Source of the DNA: Phallusia mammillata
Taxonomy: Eukaryota
Direction: 5' to 3'
Assembly: GCA_965637545.1 (NCBI GenBank)
Contig: OZ281497.1
Location: forward strand, 15,996,001 to 16,060,000
DNA length: 64,000 bases
The position numbers were made by a program, and so were the translations under genes. How positions within the stretch are numbered: position 1 is the stretch's first letter; every line of letters begins with the position of its first letter. Under the pieces are notes generated by a model. It was not told the DNA's origin, ran no database searches, and worked only from the letters and a program-made list of their open reading frames with translations. Positions 46,049 through 63,499 of the stretch are shown piece by piece.

Positions 46049-49000
46049 TTAAGCATCCCCACTTTCCCATACACTCAGCCACATCTGCATTTTGCTGTTG
46101 CTTTGAACTTTTTCGGACTTGACTAGTGAGAGGTCGGGTTCCAAGGTGTCTTTCAACTTCTCATAAGACCAATCGCGACTGATGAATATGCACTTTCCTG
46201 TTGGGGTCTGCCTGACCATTTCCTTCATTCGGATTATCCACGCTATAAAAATATATGTTGTTAAGACAGCAGCCTATTCTTGTGTTAAGCAAAACAAAAT
46301 CATCAAAGCTAAACATGATTTATCAATGAAATAAATATAATTTTTAGTTGGTCGTTCTTGTTCACCTAGTGGATTTTCAGCCCTGTCCAGGTACATGTTT
46401 ATGATAAGATCGAAGTTTCTTAGCTCACATGGTATCCAGGTCAGCTGAAAAAGTAAACACAATGAACTACTGAAATGGGTACGACATAATCAAATCCACT
46501 TTAACTTAAACTATGTTCGCTTATGAAAGTGTTAACAATGTCAACACTTGTTGCTACATATAAACCCGTGATGGGATTCAGATTTTTTGTCACCCGGTTC
46601 TATCACAAAAGTCATATTTTTCAGTCGGTTCTGTAATAAAAAGACACATTTCCATTGACAGTAACAAGTAGTGCTGACCGGTTCGCTGATCTCAATTTCG
46701 TGAGACGGTTCTATGGAACCGGTGCGAAGCGGATGAATCTCACCAGTGATATAAACTATTTTCTGGCTAGAAATTTAAAAAACAAGCACAGTTCGCACTC
46801 CAAATGTTCATGTACCGTAGCACAATATCGATAAAACAAAACAGATTTAGGTGGAAATTTATTTGGATTTTGTATCAAAGAGTATTATGTCTTAATGCTG
46901 TTAGCTATGATTAACCTACTTGCTTGAAGTCAACATTTTCCAACACGGCGCCCTGTGGAGGTTCGACGTAACTTTCATGTCCATTCTCAATAAGTTCATC
47001 ACCGTTTTCAAACTTGTCGTCTATAGGGAATACGAAAATGTAGGTGGTTCACTTAGATATTGGACGCTTTGGTTTAACCAATGTGACTCAAAAATAAAAG
47101 TAATCGACCTACGTTAGTAAATTATTCCTTCTTTTTGTGTGGTTTTAGTCATTGTGTGTGATTTTTTTATGTAAAGTAATCACATTGCAACCCATCACAG
47201 GAAATATTTTATAATTCGTATCAACTATCCAATAAAAACAACATATGCTATGACTTCCATTCCAAATAGTCTACTCTATAATATGTTCTTAATCAAGAAA
47301 ATATAATTTAAACTACGTACTAAAAGTTTAATCGTACCGTTGGTAAAGCAATACTTTCCATTTGATTTCAGCTTCAAAGCGAAGTTGATGCAACGGGCGG
47401 ATGCATCACAGGCAATAACCTACAGTTTATATTAAAACATATGTAGGCTACCGTATGCAGTATACAATAAAAAAACTATGTTTTCGAATATGTTACTGTA
47501 AACAACTGATAAACCGAAAATAATGATAATTATATCTGACGTTAACATGTATTTTACCTCGCTGGAAAATTTTGTCAAGTCGAAAGCAAGTTTGCCTGGT
47601 CCACACCCGATCACCAGAATACTACTAGCGTGTTGTGGAGTTGTTGCCTCCCATGCAAGGGAACGAATGCGCTTAAAAATAGCTTCCATTTTAGATGCGC
47701 CATTGGTCGAATACTGCTGCTTAACAATTTGCCTAAACCACATATTGGTATCTTCGACATACTGACAGTTGGTGCTCGGTTGGATGATCGCTTTCACGCC
47801 GTATTTTGCCGGTACGCCGTTTTGGACACGACCTGCAAGTAAAATGTCGTCGTCAAACATGCATGTCTATAAACGCATTTGAACTTTGCAGGGTCGGAAC
47901 AAAAAACAGTTGTTTTTTCGAACGAATATTTCTTGTTTCAACACTTATATGTTGCACTGTATTACACAAATGACGGCAAACGTTAAAGAAACCCATGTTT
48001 CGAAAAAGGGGGACCCATTACTGCGCATCTTTAAAGTAACCCAGACTTGCGTACAAAAAGAACTATTGCTAGTTAAAATGCATTTTCTGTAATTCTGTTG
48101 TATGTTTATCTTAAATGCGCGATTGTAAGTTCGGATCGAAAATACTAACAAATGCAACCAATCAAGAATTAACGCCTTCGGTATGACGCCTTTAGTGGGC
48201 CTGGCGTACTGTAATTAAAAATTAACACATTATATTGTTTTGTCTATACTGTTGTCAAGTCATCTCCATCAGTAAGATCTGCTTATCAATGTACTACCAC
48301 TGCAATGAACAAGAATAATGACTGATTTTACTTGGGGAGGGACAGCCAAGTACATAGACAGGAGTCTCCACCACTTTAACCGGAGTGTCGTTGTTCGTTG
48401 ACCGCGCCATGCGAAAACCAGCATGTTGAATGAAATGACGGCGAAAGGCGTATCTAGCGAAACGCGATGCCAAATTTCCGGTGGAAATCCAACTGCCGCC
48501 CTGGCGTAATAACAAATTTAGAAAATGTATTGAATGGTTTGTAACTTATGATGACTGTTTGCCTCACCAATATCATTGTGTGCTTTCCATCAAAGCATGG
48601 CGCCGAGAAGTCCTCGTAATACATGCTTGCGGCAAACCCAGGTAAACCGTTAAAGTGATCTTCGACCCACTCCCACGCATTGCCAAAAGTATCACAACAT
48701 CCACTTGGTGATGGAGGATATAGGTTAACTGGCTAAAATATTAAAATAACGACTTTAGTAATAGATCAAAACCATCAACAGCATGGCTTAACCTGACGAT
48801 CACTGTTTGCCTTTTTAACTAGATGAGAGTAAAACCAATGGACGATAAAATCTTTGGTAAAACAGAATCAGTCGGTTCAATAAAGGAATATATATTTCGC
48901 ACATGTGGCATCATCAGTTCCTGTAATCGAAATACAAATCGATATAAAAATGAGTGCTAAAACAAACGCGCTAAAATGAATAAAATAAACTCAAAGCAGT

Positions 49001-52000
49001 AAAACAGTATAACAAAGAAACACAGGGGATGCTGATACTAATTGCCAAAGCCAACTGCACCAACCTCAAACCAAAACAAAACAAGCGCAACTCTGTGCAC
49101 CGGATGGAGCGAGAAAAAATAAAGATAAGACGCAAAAGGTAGAACAGGTACGCGCATGCAGGGAGATAACAAACAGCGGTGAGTGCCGATGGAGTTTGTT
49201 GTGGTTTGAGGTTGGTGCAGTTGGCTTTGGCAATTAGTAACAGCATCCCCTGTGTTTCTTTGTTATACTGTTTTACTGCTTTGAGTTTATTTTGTTCATT
49301 TTAGCGTGTTTGTTTTAGCACTCATTTTTATATCGATTTGTATTTCGATTACAGGAACTGATGATGCCACATAGGCGAAATATATATTCCTTTATTGAAC
49401 CGACTGATTCTGTTTTACCACGGATTTTATCGTCCATTGGTTTTACTCTACTCTGGCTAAAATACAAACGCATTTGTTATTTTCTCTCTTCAAATCATTG
49501 CTAAATCCTGTACAAAATATGTTTAGGCGACAAAATAAAGAAAAAACACACACAACAGAATGATGTCATGTAGATTGGATGTTGGTCAATCTAAAATGGC
49601 TGATGTAAGTTGTTGGTCGGTTGATAACTGAGTCTTTGTCGTGCTTTTAATAGTTGGTAAACCTTTGTTATTTAAAGAGACTTACGGATAGAAACAATGT
49701 TAACTACAAGCACGTTTATGTGCTTTTGAGTTGTCTTACTTAGGCGTATACTGTATATTAACTTACAGTGCTAGATCCATATGCGAAATCCACATTGTAA
49801 ACTGCTGTCACGTTTTCGCCACATACGGGGTCCGTTTCTATTTTGTTTGCGTCAAAGTCTTGAAGACCACGGAGCATATGGTTTTCTGCCTCGGTCGGAA
49901 GCCGAAAGTCGGGGCCTTTCCATGCGCAAAATGCCTTCGCCTCATGATAGGTAACCTCTGCTGGCCAATCAAGTGGAAGTGAAACCACGTCAAACATTAA
50001 TCGCAACCTGGTATACAGTTTGTTGACACATTTTTTTTACAATGCTTGGGTAAAATTTCACTTACAAATATTTTCTACACCGACCGTTCACGTTGGATCC
50101 GTCATCTGTGGGGTTGGCACAATGACTGTATTGCGATAAATCTGCACCACAATTGGATTTGCATCCGCGATTACAGACCCAAAACGGTGGATGTCTATGT
50201 AAACATGCGTTAGTAAAAAAGCTGTGGATGTAGTTGTAAACCGGCGTTTCTTTAACGTTTTCCAAACTCACTTTGCTTGTTTGTACTGAACCCACTCCCA
50301 GCCTTCGTCGGACCAGTACTGCCGTTCTTCATATCCGCCATCTTGGATAAATTCCACCATTTCACGGTTGGTAACCATGAACTTTGAAGCTTCAAATGCT
50401 GGAACACTATAAACAGCCCTATGTTATTCTTTCCCGATCAAATTTCGTTTTCTTGGGGCACGAGTCTATAGTAGAAAGAGTTTTAGGCACAAGTAGGGCG
50501 ATTTGTCAGTGCCATGTGCATTGTGTGTAGCATTGTAACTAAGATTTGAGAGGAAGAAATTGAGTTCTTCATTTTTACTTGTTGTTTTAGTCTTGGGTTT
50601 TATCATTGTGAATGTCTTATTAAATGTATGCGTATCGTGCATTTAAAATCATTTTTGTCAACACACCCAACATTATAAAATTATCTGAAGCAGTGTTTTT
50701 TTTAAGGTGTTTTTCGGTTTCCCAAAATTCCCAAAAAAACAAATATGGCTATTTTTTGGTATTTAAATGAAACACTTGCGGTCTCTTAAAACTACTTAGC
50801 GGTCACCCAAACCAAACCTTAAACAAAAACCTGATCTGAAGCGACAGCAATTTATGTAGGCTATCCGACAAATGTACTTCGCAGATAACTGAGACCTTGC
50901 GCGTGTCCAATACGCTTACTTTGTACGTTCAAGCTTTTTTCTTTTTGGAAGGCCCGAAGTAAAATTTCTTTGTGTGCCTAACTGACATTGGCGGCTAAAA
51001 TGTGGCGTGACGATAGCGTGGCGCCAAAGCGTTTAACGCTGACATCCACATAATTTGCCTTTCTTTGGGACTTCATGGCTTTTTAACCCCATTCTACCCC
51101 CTTTTAAAATGAAAACCGACTTCTCATCCCAAAATGTAACCTGACGTATGTTTGACGAAGTTCGCATACCGCCCGACCGCTTTTACAAAATGTCGGTGTT
51201 ATAGGGGTATTGCTAATATATTGGCTAAATAAAAAACCAAATCCACTCACTCTAGCTTCAAACTCCCGTATTCATTGTCCCATCCCCATATCGGGCAATC
51301 TGCATCTTTTCCGAGCCGAACAGTGCTCGCGCTCTGCGGAAGTAGTGGGTTTTCCAAGACTGGTGTTTCTAGATCACAACAATATTTTTTCATCTATACT
51401 TTGCAGTAATGTAAGTTGAAAATGTGATAGATTTAAGTACAATTCTGGAAAATGAACTAACCCGTGGTTAGCGGTCCATATTTCCAGTCGACCGGTTTTT
51501 CCACCATGTCTGTTGGCAATTGTCTTATCAGGACAGAAGAGGTCTCCAAGTGAATCCGTTCATGTTCGAGGCCCATCCACATCGCCCACCACGGACTGTC
51601 TTGCGTTACTGGAAACTCGACATCATTGTGAAGGATGATGTCTCGGATTTTTTGGCGCACCTGTGAATAGAAATATGTTGCAATAGCTGGTGTGTAAAAA
51701 AACACTGATGACAAAACTGCTTTTAATACGACGCTTGTTGATGGCGTAGTGCATCGTTACCCAATGGAACGCAAAGTTACTCTTTTTCACTTTTTGTCTT
51801 TACCATTTCGTGCATACATTTCTGACATATCAGTGGTTTACTTTAAACTCAGACGTGATATGAAAAAATACCCAATTCGACTGAAGAACGAATGAAAATC
51901 AAGCAAATCCTGTTTTGTTTATTATATCTAGAAAACCGTGGTGCGCACCTTTCGACGATATTCGACAACATCTTTAAGCGGCGGCCACTTGTAAGCTCCG

Positions 52001-52901
52001 CCCATTCTGTAGTTTTCAGTATCGTCCCATGACATTTCATCCACTCCTGTTTCAAACATCGTCTCGAATTCCGGGTTCACTCGTTTCTGCACAAAGTGCA
52101 TGTTTTGAGCAGCCGGGTGTAAACACGACAAGCTGCCAACGACGGCTAATCACCTTTAAAAGCCCGGCCAACAGCAACTTATTGACATAGACAACAGCAG
52201 GATGACAGTAGTAGAAGATGAGAGGCAACCTTAAGCGATCTGGACATTTGTAGAAGTACTTTTCATCTGAGGAGTTAAACACCATACGCTGGGTTTAGTT
52301 GTATGCTTTCTGTAAGACTGCATTGGTAATTAGATAAATGCCTAAAGAATTTTCTTGACTCTTTATTTTTCATGCATTGTAATTTTATTTCGGTCTCTGA
52401 CAATGGTTGACGGCCATAATGAAAAATGCAGACGCATAAAAGCAAAAGTTAAACGGTTTCACGCAATTCCCAACCTTTTATGCTTGTGAACACCCATTCA
52501 TCCAAACTGTAGGTGTTCTCAAAATACTCCAACAATTGTCTGCAACAACAGAATAAAACCTTTAGGTTGACATTTGTTACTATCGATGACACGGTTAAAA
52601 CTAACAACTATACTTAGGATAATAAAAACGACAACTTCATATTTTTATGTCAATTCCGGTTTCAGGGAACTAAAGTAACTACCGTAACTTTATGCTGTTT
52701 AAATAATAAACCTTAACGTAACAGAAAAAAGGTTTAATTTAACGTTGGTAAAAAATTGGTCCGGCAATTATCAATTACTTTCAAAGAACTATTTTTTGAA
52801 AACAAAAAATATTTGACCTACTTCTTTGTGCAGCCGCGCAAACTTGGTGGTTGACTTGAGTAGCTGACACTAGGCCCCGTTAAAACCTCCGGCCTCGTCA
52901 T
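46049..52901 (-). CDS. ovoA: 5-histidylcysteine sulfoxide synthase (ovothiol synthase): DinB-like, FGE-sulfatase-like and C-terminal methyltransferase-like domains, 16 exons
   Basis: Phase-compatible exons give MTRPEV..PPSLRGCTKK|QLLEYFENTY..|DEKYFYKCPDRLRLPLIFYY|..ETGVDEMSWDD|..HERIHLETSSVLIRQLP (HX3HXE iron site)|GWDNEYG|ASKFMVTN|..DWPAEVTYHEAKAFC..RLPTEAE|GNAWEWVEDHF..YEDFSAPCFDGKH|GGSWISTG..FRRHFIQHAGFR|..IGCGPG|..LTWIP|AWIIR..WESGDA*. Confidence 0.93.
46566..46748. mobile_element. hAT-type MITE in an OvoA intron
   Basis: The ends are ccgtgatgggattc / gaatctcaccagtg, the 8-bp TSD atataaac is perfect, and it has internal cggttc repeats. Confidence 0.85.
48826..49449. mobile_element. Long-TIR palindromic element in an OvoA intron
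   Basis: Inverted arms of about 255 bp (48826-49080 and 49195-49449) with only scattered mismatches surround a 114-bp spacer. Confidence 0.9.
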
Positions 52902-55125
52902 ACTGGCGAGCAAAAATGCTAACTCAAAACCCCTAAAAACCTGGGAATTTTGACACACTTCAAAATAATCAACGTTCAGTGCTATAACCCTTGAAATGGA
53001 CTAATTTTGTTCTTCCACTGAACCGTTTTTCATCTCGCTAGCATGACGCAGCAAAAATGCTTATCTTCGTAACTGCGGTAATTTAATAAACTAGTAGACC
53101 AAAGGTGCAAACCTATGACTTTTCGTAAAGTGCAAACAGTCCTAACTGAAAAGGCATTGTGCTCGGCTGTTTTGTAAGGTCTTCACCCAGAACCATACAA
53201 CCGCCGGCATAGATCTGCAAGTCATTCCTAGCAACGTCATTCCTAGCAACGAGTGACGAGTCCACCAAAGCAACAACCTCAACAAAGTTTACATGAAACT
53301 CATGAAAATCAATGCAGTTTTCCCCCAGTAACTACGTTTCTACAATTAGTAGGTCAGCCCATTGCGATGTGCGATTGTGTGGAAAAAAACTTATTTAAAC
53401 AGACTGCGTTGCCTATAAGAGCGACGGAGACTGTTTGCAGAGTTACGTAAAGCTGCGTTTTTTGTCCAATCATACGCCGAGTTTTGAGGGCTCGTCTGGG
53501 CGTTTCACCTCCAGTCCGTAGGCCCATACTTTAACCGGCGAACGACACTGTGGAAAATACCCAAGTGCCTATTGTTACCGGTGACTTTAGCCAAACACCT
53601 GATTATAGGTTGCGATACTGTAGGGTCGTAACATCGACTCGACTAAAGGTAAATTTGTCTCATACTTGCTCTTCTCAAGGCCTTATCTTAACAGCATTTG
53701 TTACTTTCTCGTGTAGTTACTGCATTCTACAACTATGCATTCCGGAGCTTTTACCAGTTAAAACAACTACCAGTTAAGCTCTGGCTGTCGGCTGGCTTGT
53801 TCGTCTTTTACTGCGCACCCTCCCAAAGCCTTTCTCTTTTTCCCCCTTTTTATCATCACTCATGCGTTACATTGCCATCGACCGGTAGGGTTTCAAAACA
53901 CGGATCACGTACACTGCGAAAATGTTTTTCACCGGCCGAGGTGCATATTTTATCAGTGAACTATAAAAACAAATGACTATGATTGAAGTGTTACATAATA
54001 ATCTCTCAGTCAATAACTGATATATTAAATGTGGTTGTGGACATCAGGCTTAAGTGATGGAAATGGGTGATTAGTCTCTTAGTTTCTTTTTTATCCTCGG
54101 CAAAGGGAAGCCCCAAATCGGGCCACTTTAAAGTCTGTCGCCAGACTGTATGCCGCACCCTTGTTTGGTTGACCTGTTTTACTGACAAAAACCGTAACTT
54201 TTGCTTTGTGTGGTCGATAGGCTACCTAATGCAAATCCTCTATAACAAATACAACCGCATAAAATTATTGCCTACACTGCTCTGCAAGTTGTTGTAAATA
54301 ACAATGGCAAACCAACCAACACTAACTAGAGTTTGCTTCACAATGTCTGAAAATCAATTCAGTCATTGCAAGGAGAATCCTTTGTCATAAAATTAAAGTC
54401 AGAAACAGCTGTACGCGATTATGATTAAACATTGGAAAGCGCCTGGTCACTCCAGACGAAGTTTTATGGCCATCAGTCTGGTCAAGCGCATTAAAGTACC
54501 AATTACTACATACCTGCGCACTTGACCCATGCCTCGGTAAATAATATGGTTGGGCGCAGGTAGACTTTTTAGTAAATATATTTGTTTCATGTAGCATTAT
54601 GTCGTGCTTGACACGGTTCTAAAACGGACCCATAAAATTGTCTTTATTACAAGATCCGTACGCTCATTGGCATTGTGACCATGTTGACTGGGTAATGACC
54701 ATGCTTTGACTCTCGTTGGGCACTGGAATTATCCCGCTGACATGTAAAAACACGGCCGCTGCCGCTTTATGACGACGAAGTTAGTTTTCCATTTGACATT
54801 ATTACCACGTACATTACCAAGTACATCAATGCTGGGTTGGCTATACTCGGCCAAAGGTATTATTTCTAGTAGTAAGCATCTACATAGGCGGTACATACAG
54901 TATATGTATTATTACAATGTAGTGATGCCAAAAAGATAGAGAAAAAAGATTAGAAAGACAATGGCACGATAAATTTCAATTGCAACAAAACACTTTTGGT
55001 ATGGAAAAAAAATTGCATAAAAATCGAATTCCAACAAATGCATTAACACAGTTTAAAAAATTACGAAACGGAAAAATGATCAACATGATTTTATATGAAA
55101 CGTCGCAGAAATGATAAATAAAATT

Positions 55126-59802
<4,677 letters not shown>

Positions 59803-60444
59803 GTTTACCTTACACTAGTTGAATTTTGTGATTGTCAATAGTGCATATTTTCAACTGCTGCATATGCAACTACATTGTTTGATATAATGTGTACATTAGC
59901 CTTTTTCTCTTGCAAACATTTTGCGTGTTTGTTTTAGTCTAGTTATTAATTATTATGCTACACGGCTATTGCATGCTGGACGTTAAAGTGTGTACCAAAT
60001 ACAACGATGGATTTACAATTTACATCATACTTGTAAACTTGGAAAGGGATAATACTCCCATTTCTTTAGGGGTCAGACAAGATTGGAATAAAAGGGGGAG
60101 AATATTTATGAAAAAAATGACTATACCAATGCAACTCTGTAAATTTAAACTGTAAAAGTTTGCTGTGTGTATTTTTCAATTTGCTGCTAAGATTGGAAAT
60201 TTACAACGTTCTCGATTTGGGGACTTTCCCTAGTTTTGTGGTAAATCCGTTTTGTTTTAGTTTTTGTATTCTTGTTGGTAGTATTTCTACATGTCGCATG
60301 CGGCCCGCGAACACTTTATGCATACAATTACAGATAGCCACGACCCGAATTGTTCGTTCATTACCAAATAGCAGTCAATATGTATGTATTATGACTATGA
60401 GGCAATAATTAAGAGCGTTTGTGCTGTAACTGAGTGCTAGCAGA

Positions 60445-61871
60445 CAAGGGCGTCCGCAGGTTTTCGCTTAGGGGGGGTCATGGGTTCACTCTGCCCTTTC
60501 GGCCGGATGCAAATTTTTTTGGAAAATTTGACCATTACACCATCCAGACAATTTATCATTTTTAATTTCACCGAAAATCACAGGGAGCTGGAGAATTTAG
60601 CGCAGCACGAATCGAATGCAAAGGGACGGCAGACCGCACAGCTGCGGACCGCTTCTGGAACCGCTTCTTTTGTAGTAACGCTATATATCATCGCCAAGTA
60701 TTCATCAATTTTGGAGCCTGTCACCCAAGCCCTTCAGGCAGTCCAACTGAACATGTTAGGTGTCAAGAAGCACATTGACAAACTCGTATCAATGTTTTGT
60801 GATCATCGGCAAAATGCAGAAACACTTTTTGCAGAAAACATTTATACAGCGGCATTGAAGTCAGCCGAAGAAATCGGTGTCACCATATCTGTCCCACGGC
60901 AATGTGTCCGTCAAGTATTCAGAGCAAATACTGGTGGCACCAGTGAGGAATACTATCGCCGCTCCATTTACGTTCCTTACATGGACTCTTTAATCCAGCC
61001 TCTGACAAGCCGCTTCTCAGAGACGAACATGCCGGCATTCATGTTATACCGACTGCATCCAGCGCAGATGGAGAAAATTGACCGCACAGACTACAAAACT
61101 ATACACCAATCCTACAACTTTGACAATTTTCAGCAGGACGCCATGTCGTGGTATGACATAAACATAAAAAGATAATTTCCTCAGTCCGAAGACCAGGAAG
61201 AATTGGAATTTGTGGACTTGGTGAAAAATATGGAACTTTTTCCAGCTGTACGTCAAGCGACAATGAGTCGGGTCAAAACATGGCTCAGATCAACCATGTC
61301 TGACGACAGGCTATCCGGGCTGTGTATAATGAGTGTCCACGCTGAATAAACTCGGACAACAATTCGTTCATCCAAAAAGTTATCGAAAAATTCGGCAAAG
61401 ACCCACGTCGACTTAACTTTTTATTCAAGAACTGATTAACTAAACTGGTAGCTGATTGTTCTTTTCTGTGTGATTTAATGTTACGAACAGCTTCATTGAA
61501 TTCACGAAATACGAGATGATTTATCTGAAACTGTGAATTATCCTTCTTCAGATTCAAGTGAGATAAAGCCAGTGCCCGCACTAGTAATGTGGTTCTGAGA
61601 GTACAAGAGCTCAAGTTGTCGAATTTTGCGATTACGGGTAGCTCGTAGGTATCTTCGTAAATTAATAGAGGAAGTGGGATACTCCCGAAGAAGGGTGATG
61701 ATCACAATCGGAGAGCTTGACCAACCAGTCATCACTCGTATCACCTTCACCCCTCCCCCCTTTCAGAAAATTGCCTATTTTTGCATGTTCCCGCTTTTCA
61801 TTTTTCATCCAACAATTTTCCAGGGGGGGGGGTCAGCTGACCCCATTTGCCCCTATGTGCGGACGCCCTTG
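60445..61871 (+). mobile_element. Internally deleted hAT DNA transposon with transposase remnant
   Basis: It has 14-bp TIRs caagggcgtccgca / tgcggacgcccttg and a perfect 8-bp TSD ctagcaga. ORF 60480-61175 includes EEYYRRSIYVPYMDSL..RFS, and a frameshifted hAT dimerisation tail RVKTWLRSTMSDDRLSGLCIMSVH lies at about 61260-61345. Confidence 0.93.
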
Positions 61872-61889
61872 CTAGCAGATTTGCTTTGT

Positions 61890-62400
61890 GGTAATACTCC
61901 TATTAGTCGAGTCTCAAGTCAAGTCAGTGAGGGGTTAGAATCCCAAATCAAGTCAAAAGTGGTTGGAGTTTTAAGTCAAGTCAAATGAGTTCAAACCTTA
62001 AGGAGTTTTTTAAAAACCCAAAATTCTTATCAAACGCTGGACTAGAGCGTTTGTAGTTTTGTGCTGTAAAGTAAGCGCTAAAAAGCAAACACTTGGTCTT
62101 CACACGCACTGCATTCGCTTAAACAAGCGACAACTACAACGCTTAATTCCAGAAAAAGAAGGTTTTTGTATACAGCAGCGACTTCGTTACGCGAAAATTT
62201 AGGAATTGCACAATAAACTGCTGGTGCTGTTCAAAGCCAACTAAACTGGACATCTGTTAAAAAACCTTTTTGTTGATGGTATACGGAGTCCGAGTCAAAT
62301 CAAGTCTCAAGGTATGACAAGTCAAGTCAGGTCTTTTTAAAGATGACACCCGAGTCAAGTCAAGTCTTTGAAAAAGATGACTCGAGTCTCCTCATTACTG
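61890..62400. mobile_element. Degenerate hAT-type MITE with (aagtc/gagtc)n subterminal repeats
   Basis: Clusters of agtcaagtc/cgagtc occur at both ends and the right end reads gactcgagtctcctcattactg. The left TIR is eroded. Confidence 0.5.
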
Positions 62401-62419
62401 GTACTATTTGGTCTCAAAA

Positions 62420-62790
62420 CATGTAGTCGAGTAGAACAGCAAATTTAATCTCTTGTTACAAAAATAGACTCATTTGCGACCCGTCAAGTATTTACCAAAC
62501 CCTAAAGTGGCCCTTCATTTTATTAGTCTTGGACTACCTTGTCATTGTCCATGACATATGTCAGAGCAACCGGCACCAACCTTGTGAAATCTTAGTCTTA
62601 AAAAACATTTGATTGAGTTTTTGTATGCTGGTAATACCACCATAATTGGTGACCCCGACGTATGGAGCACGAACAACAAACACCAGAAGCCTTAGAACCT
62701 TGATACCGAACATGCAAAGTTAGAATATCCTATAGTTGGTGTGCCAAGAAGATGTGCAATACAATTTTGTAAATGTAGGTCGCCTTAAAC
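62420..62790 (+). mobile_element. LTR retrotransposon remnant (LTR end, PBS, broken gag start)
   Basis: tggtgaccccgacgt (62647-62661) is complementary to the 3' end of eukaryotic tRNA-Trp. It is preceded by ...accacca-taat and followed by an ATG with a frameshifted short ORF. Boundaries are approximate. Confidence 0.55.
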
Positions 62791-63499
62791 AGACATGTAT
62801 GTACAGCTGTAATTTATCACCCTCAAGGCAATTGAACGGCATATACTCGGGAGTTTAATTCTGCAAGTCCGAAGACGAAATTTTCAATTGGGGGATAAAC
62901 TCGTAAATCGCCTGATTTGACCACTACTAGGCCCACATTATGTCATGCAATGCGCATCACAGCCTAGTATTTTGTCGATCAACAGTTTTTTTCGCACTTT
63001 GTTGAAAAACGATATTGACCTAAAACTCGATTTTTGACGAGTTTTATGCCGTATTCAAATTTTGTATGTCACAACACACACTTCAATGACCGAGAAAGGA
63101 AATAGATTGTTACACTACTAAATCAAATTTGCAGACTTTATGTTTAATAAACGTACTAATATCCCTATGTTTGTGCAGTAGTGGGTCTTTAAAGTAGGCT
63201 ACGGTCCGTGGGCCGAAAGCAGCAATTTTTTTCAGGTCCCCGACGTCTCCATTGATTTAATACGTCAATCTAAAACGCGTTTTGTCGAAAGGTACAGTGT
63301 TGCCTACTTTTTTGGCACATTTCTGGCAATTTGAGCCTCATAGGTTTAAAAATACCGAAATACTGCCAGCGTATCAAAAACTTTAAGGAATCTTGCCCTA
63401 AACCTTTGAGTCTTTGCTCGGACATATTGTTCTTTGCCCATATTTGGGCAGGTTGTTCTGTCGAAATGCAACATATAAACTTCCAACTTAACATCCACT

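Noticed and set aside
46049-52901. Horizontal acquisition of OvoA from bacteria
   Set aside because: It has 16 spliceosomal exons and the metazoan-type CKSNCG..YSHC insert and LTWIP motif, which point to vertical inheritance.
53812-53818. MRE core TGCGCAC upstream of OvoA (also 54515-54521)
   Set aside because: A 7-mer like this is expected by chance in CpG-rich DNA, and there is no clustering.
54511-54562. Hairpin tacctgcgc...gcgcaggta, pre-miRNA-like
   Set aside because: Only 9 bp of perfect stem in 52 nt, which cannot be distinguished from chance without small-RNA data.
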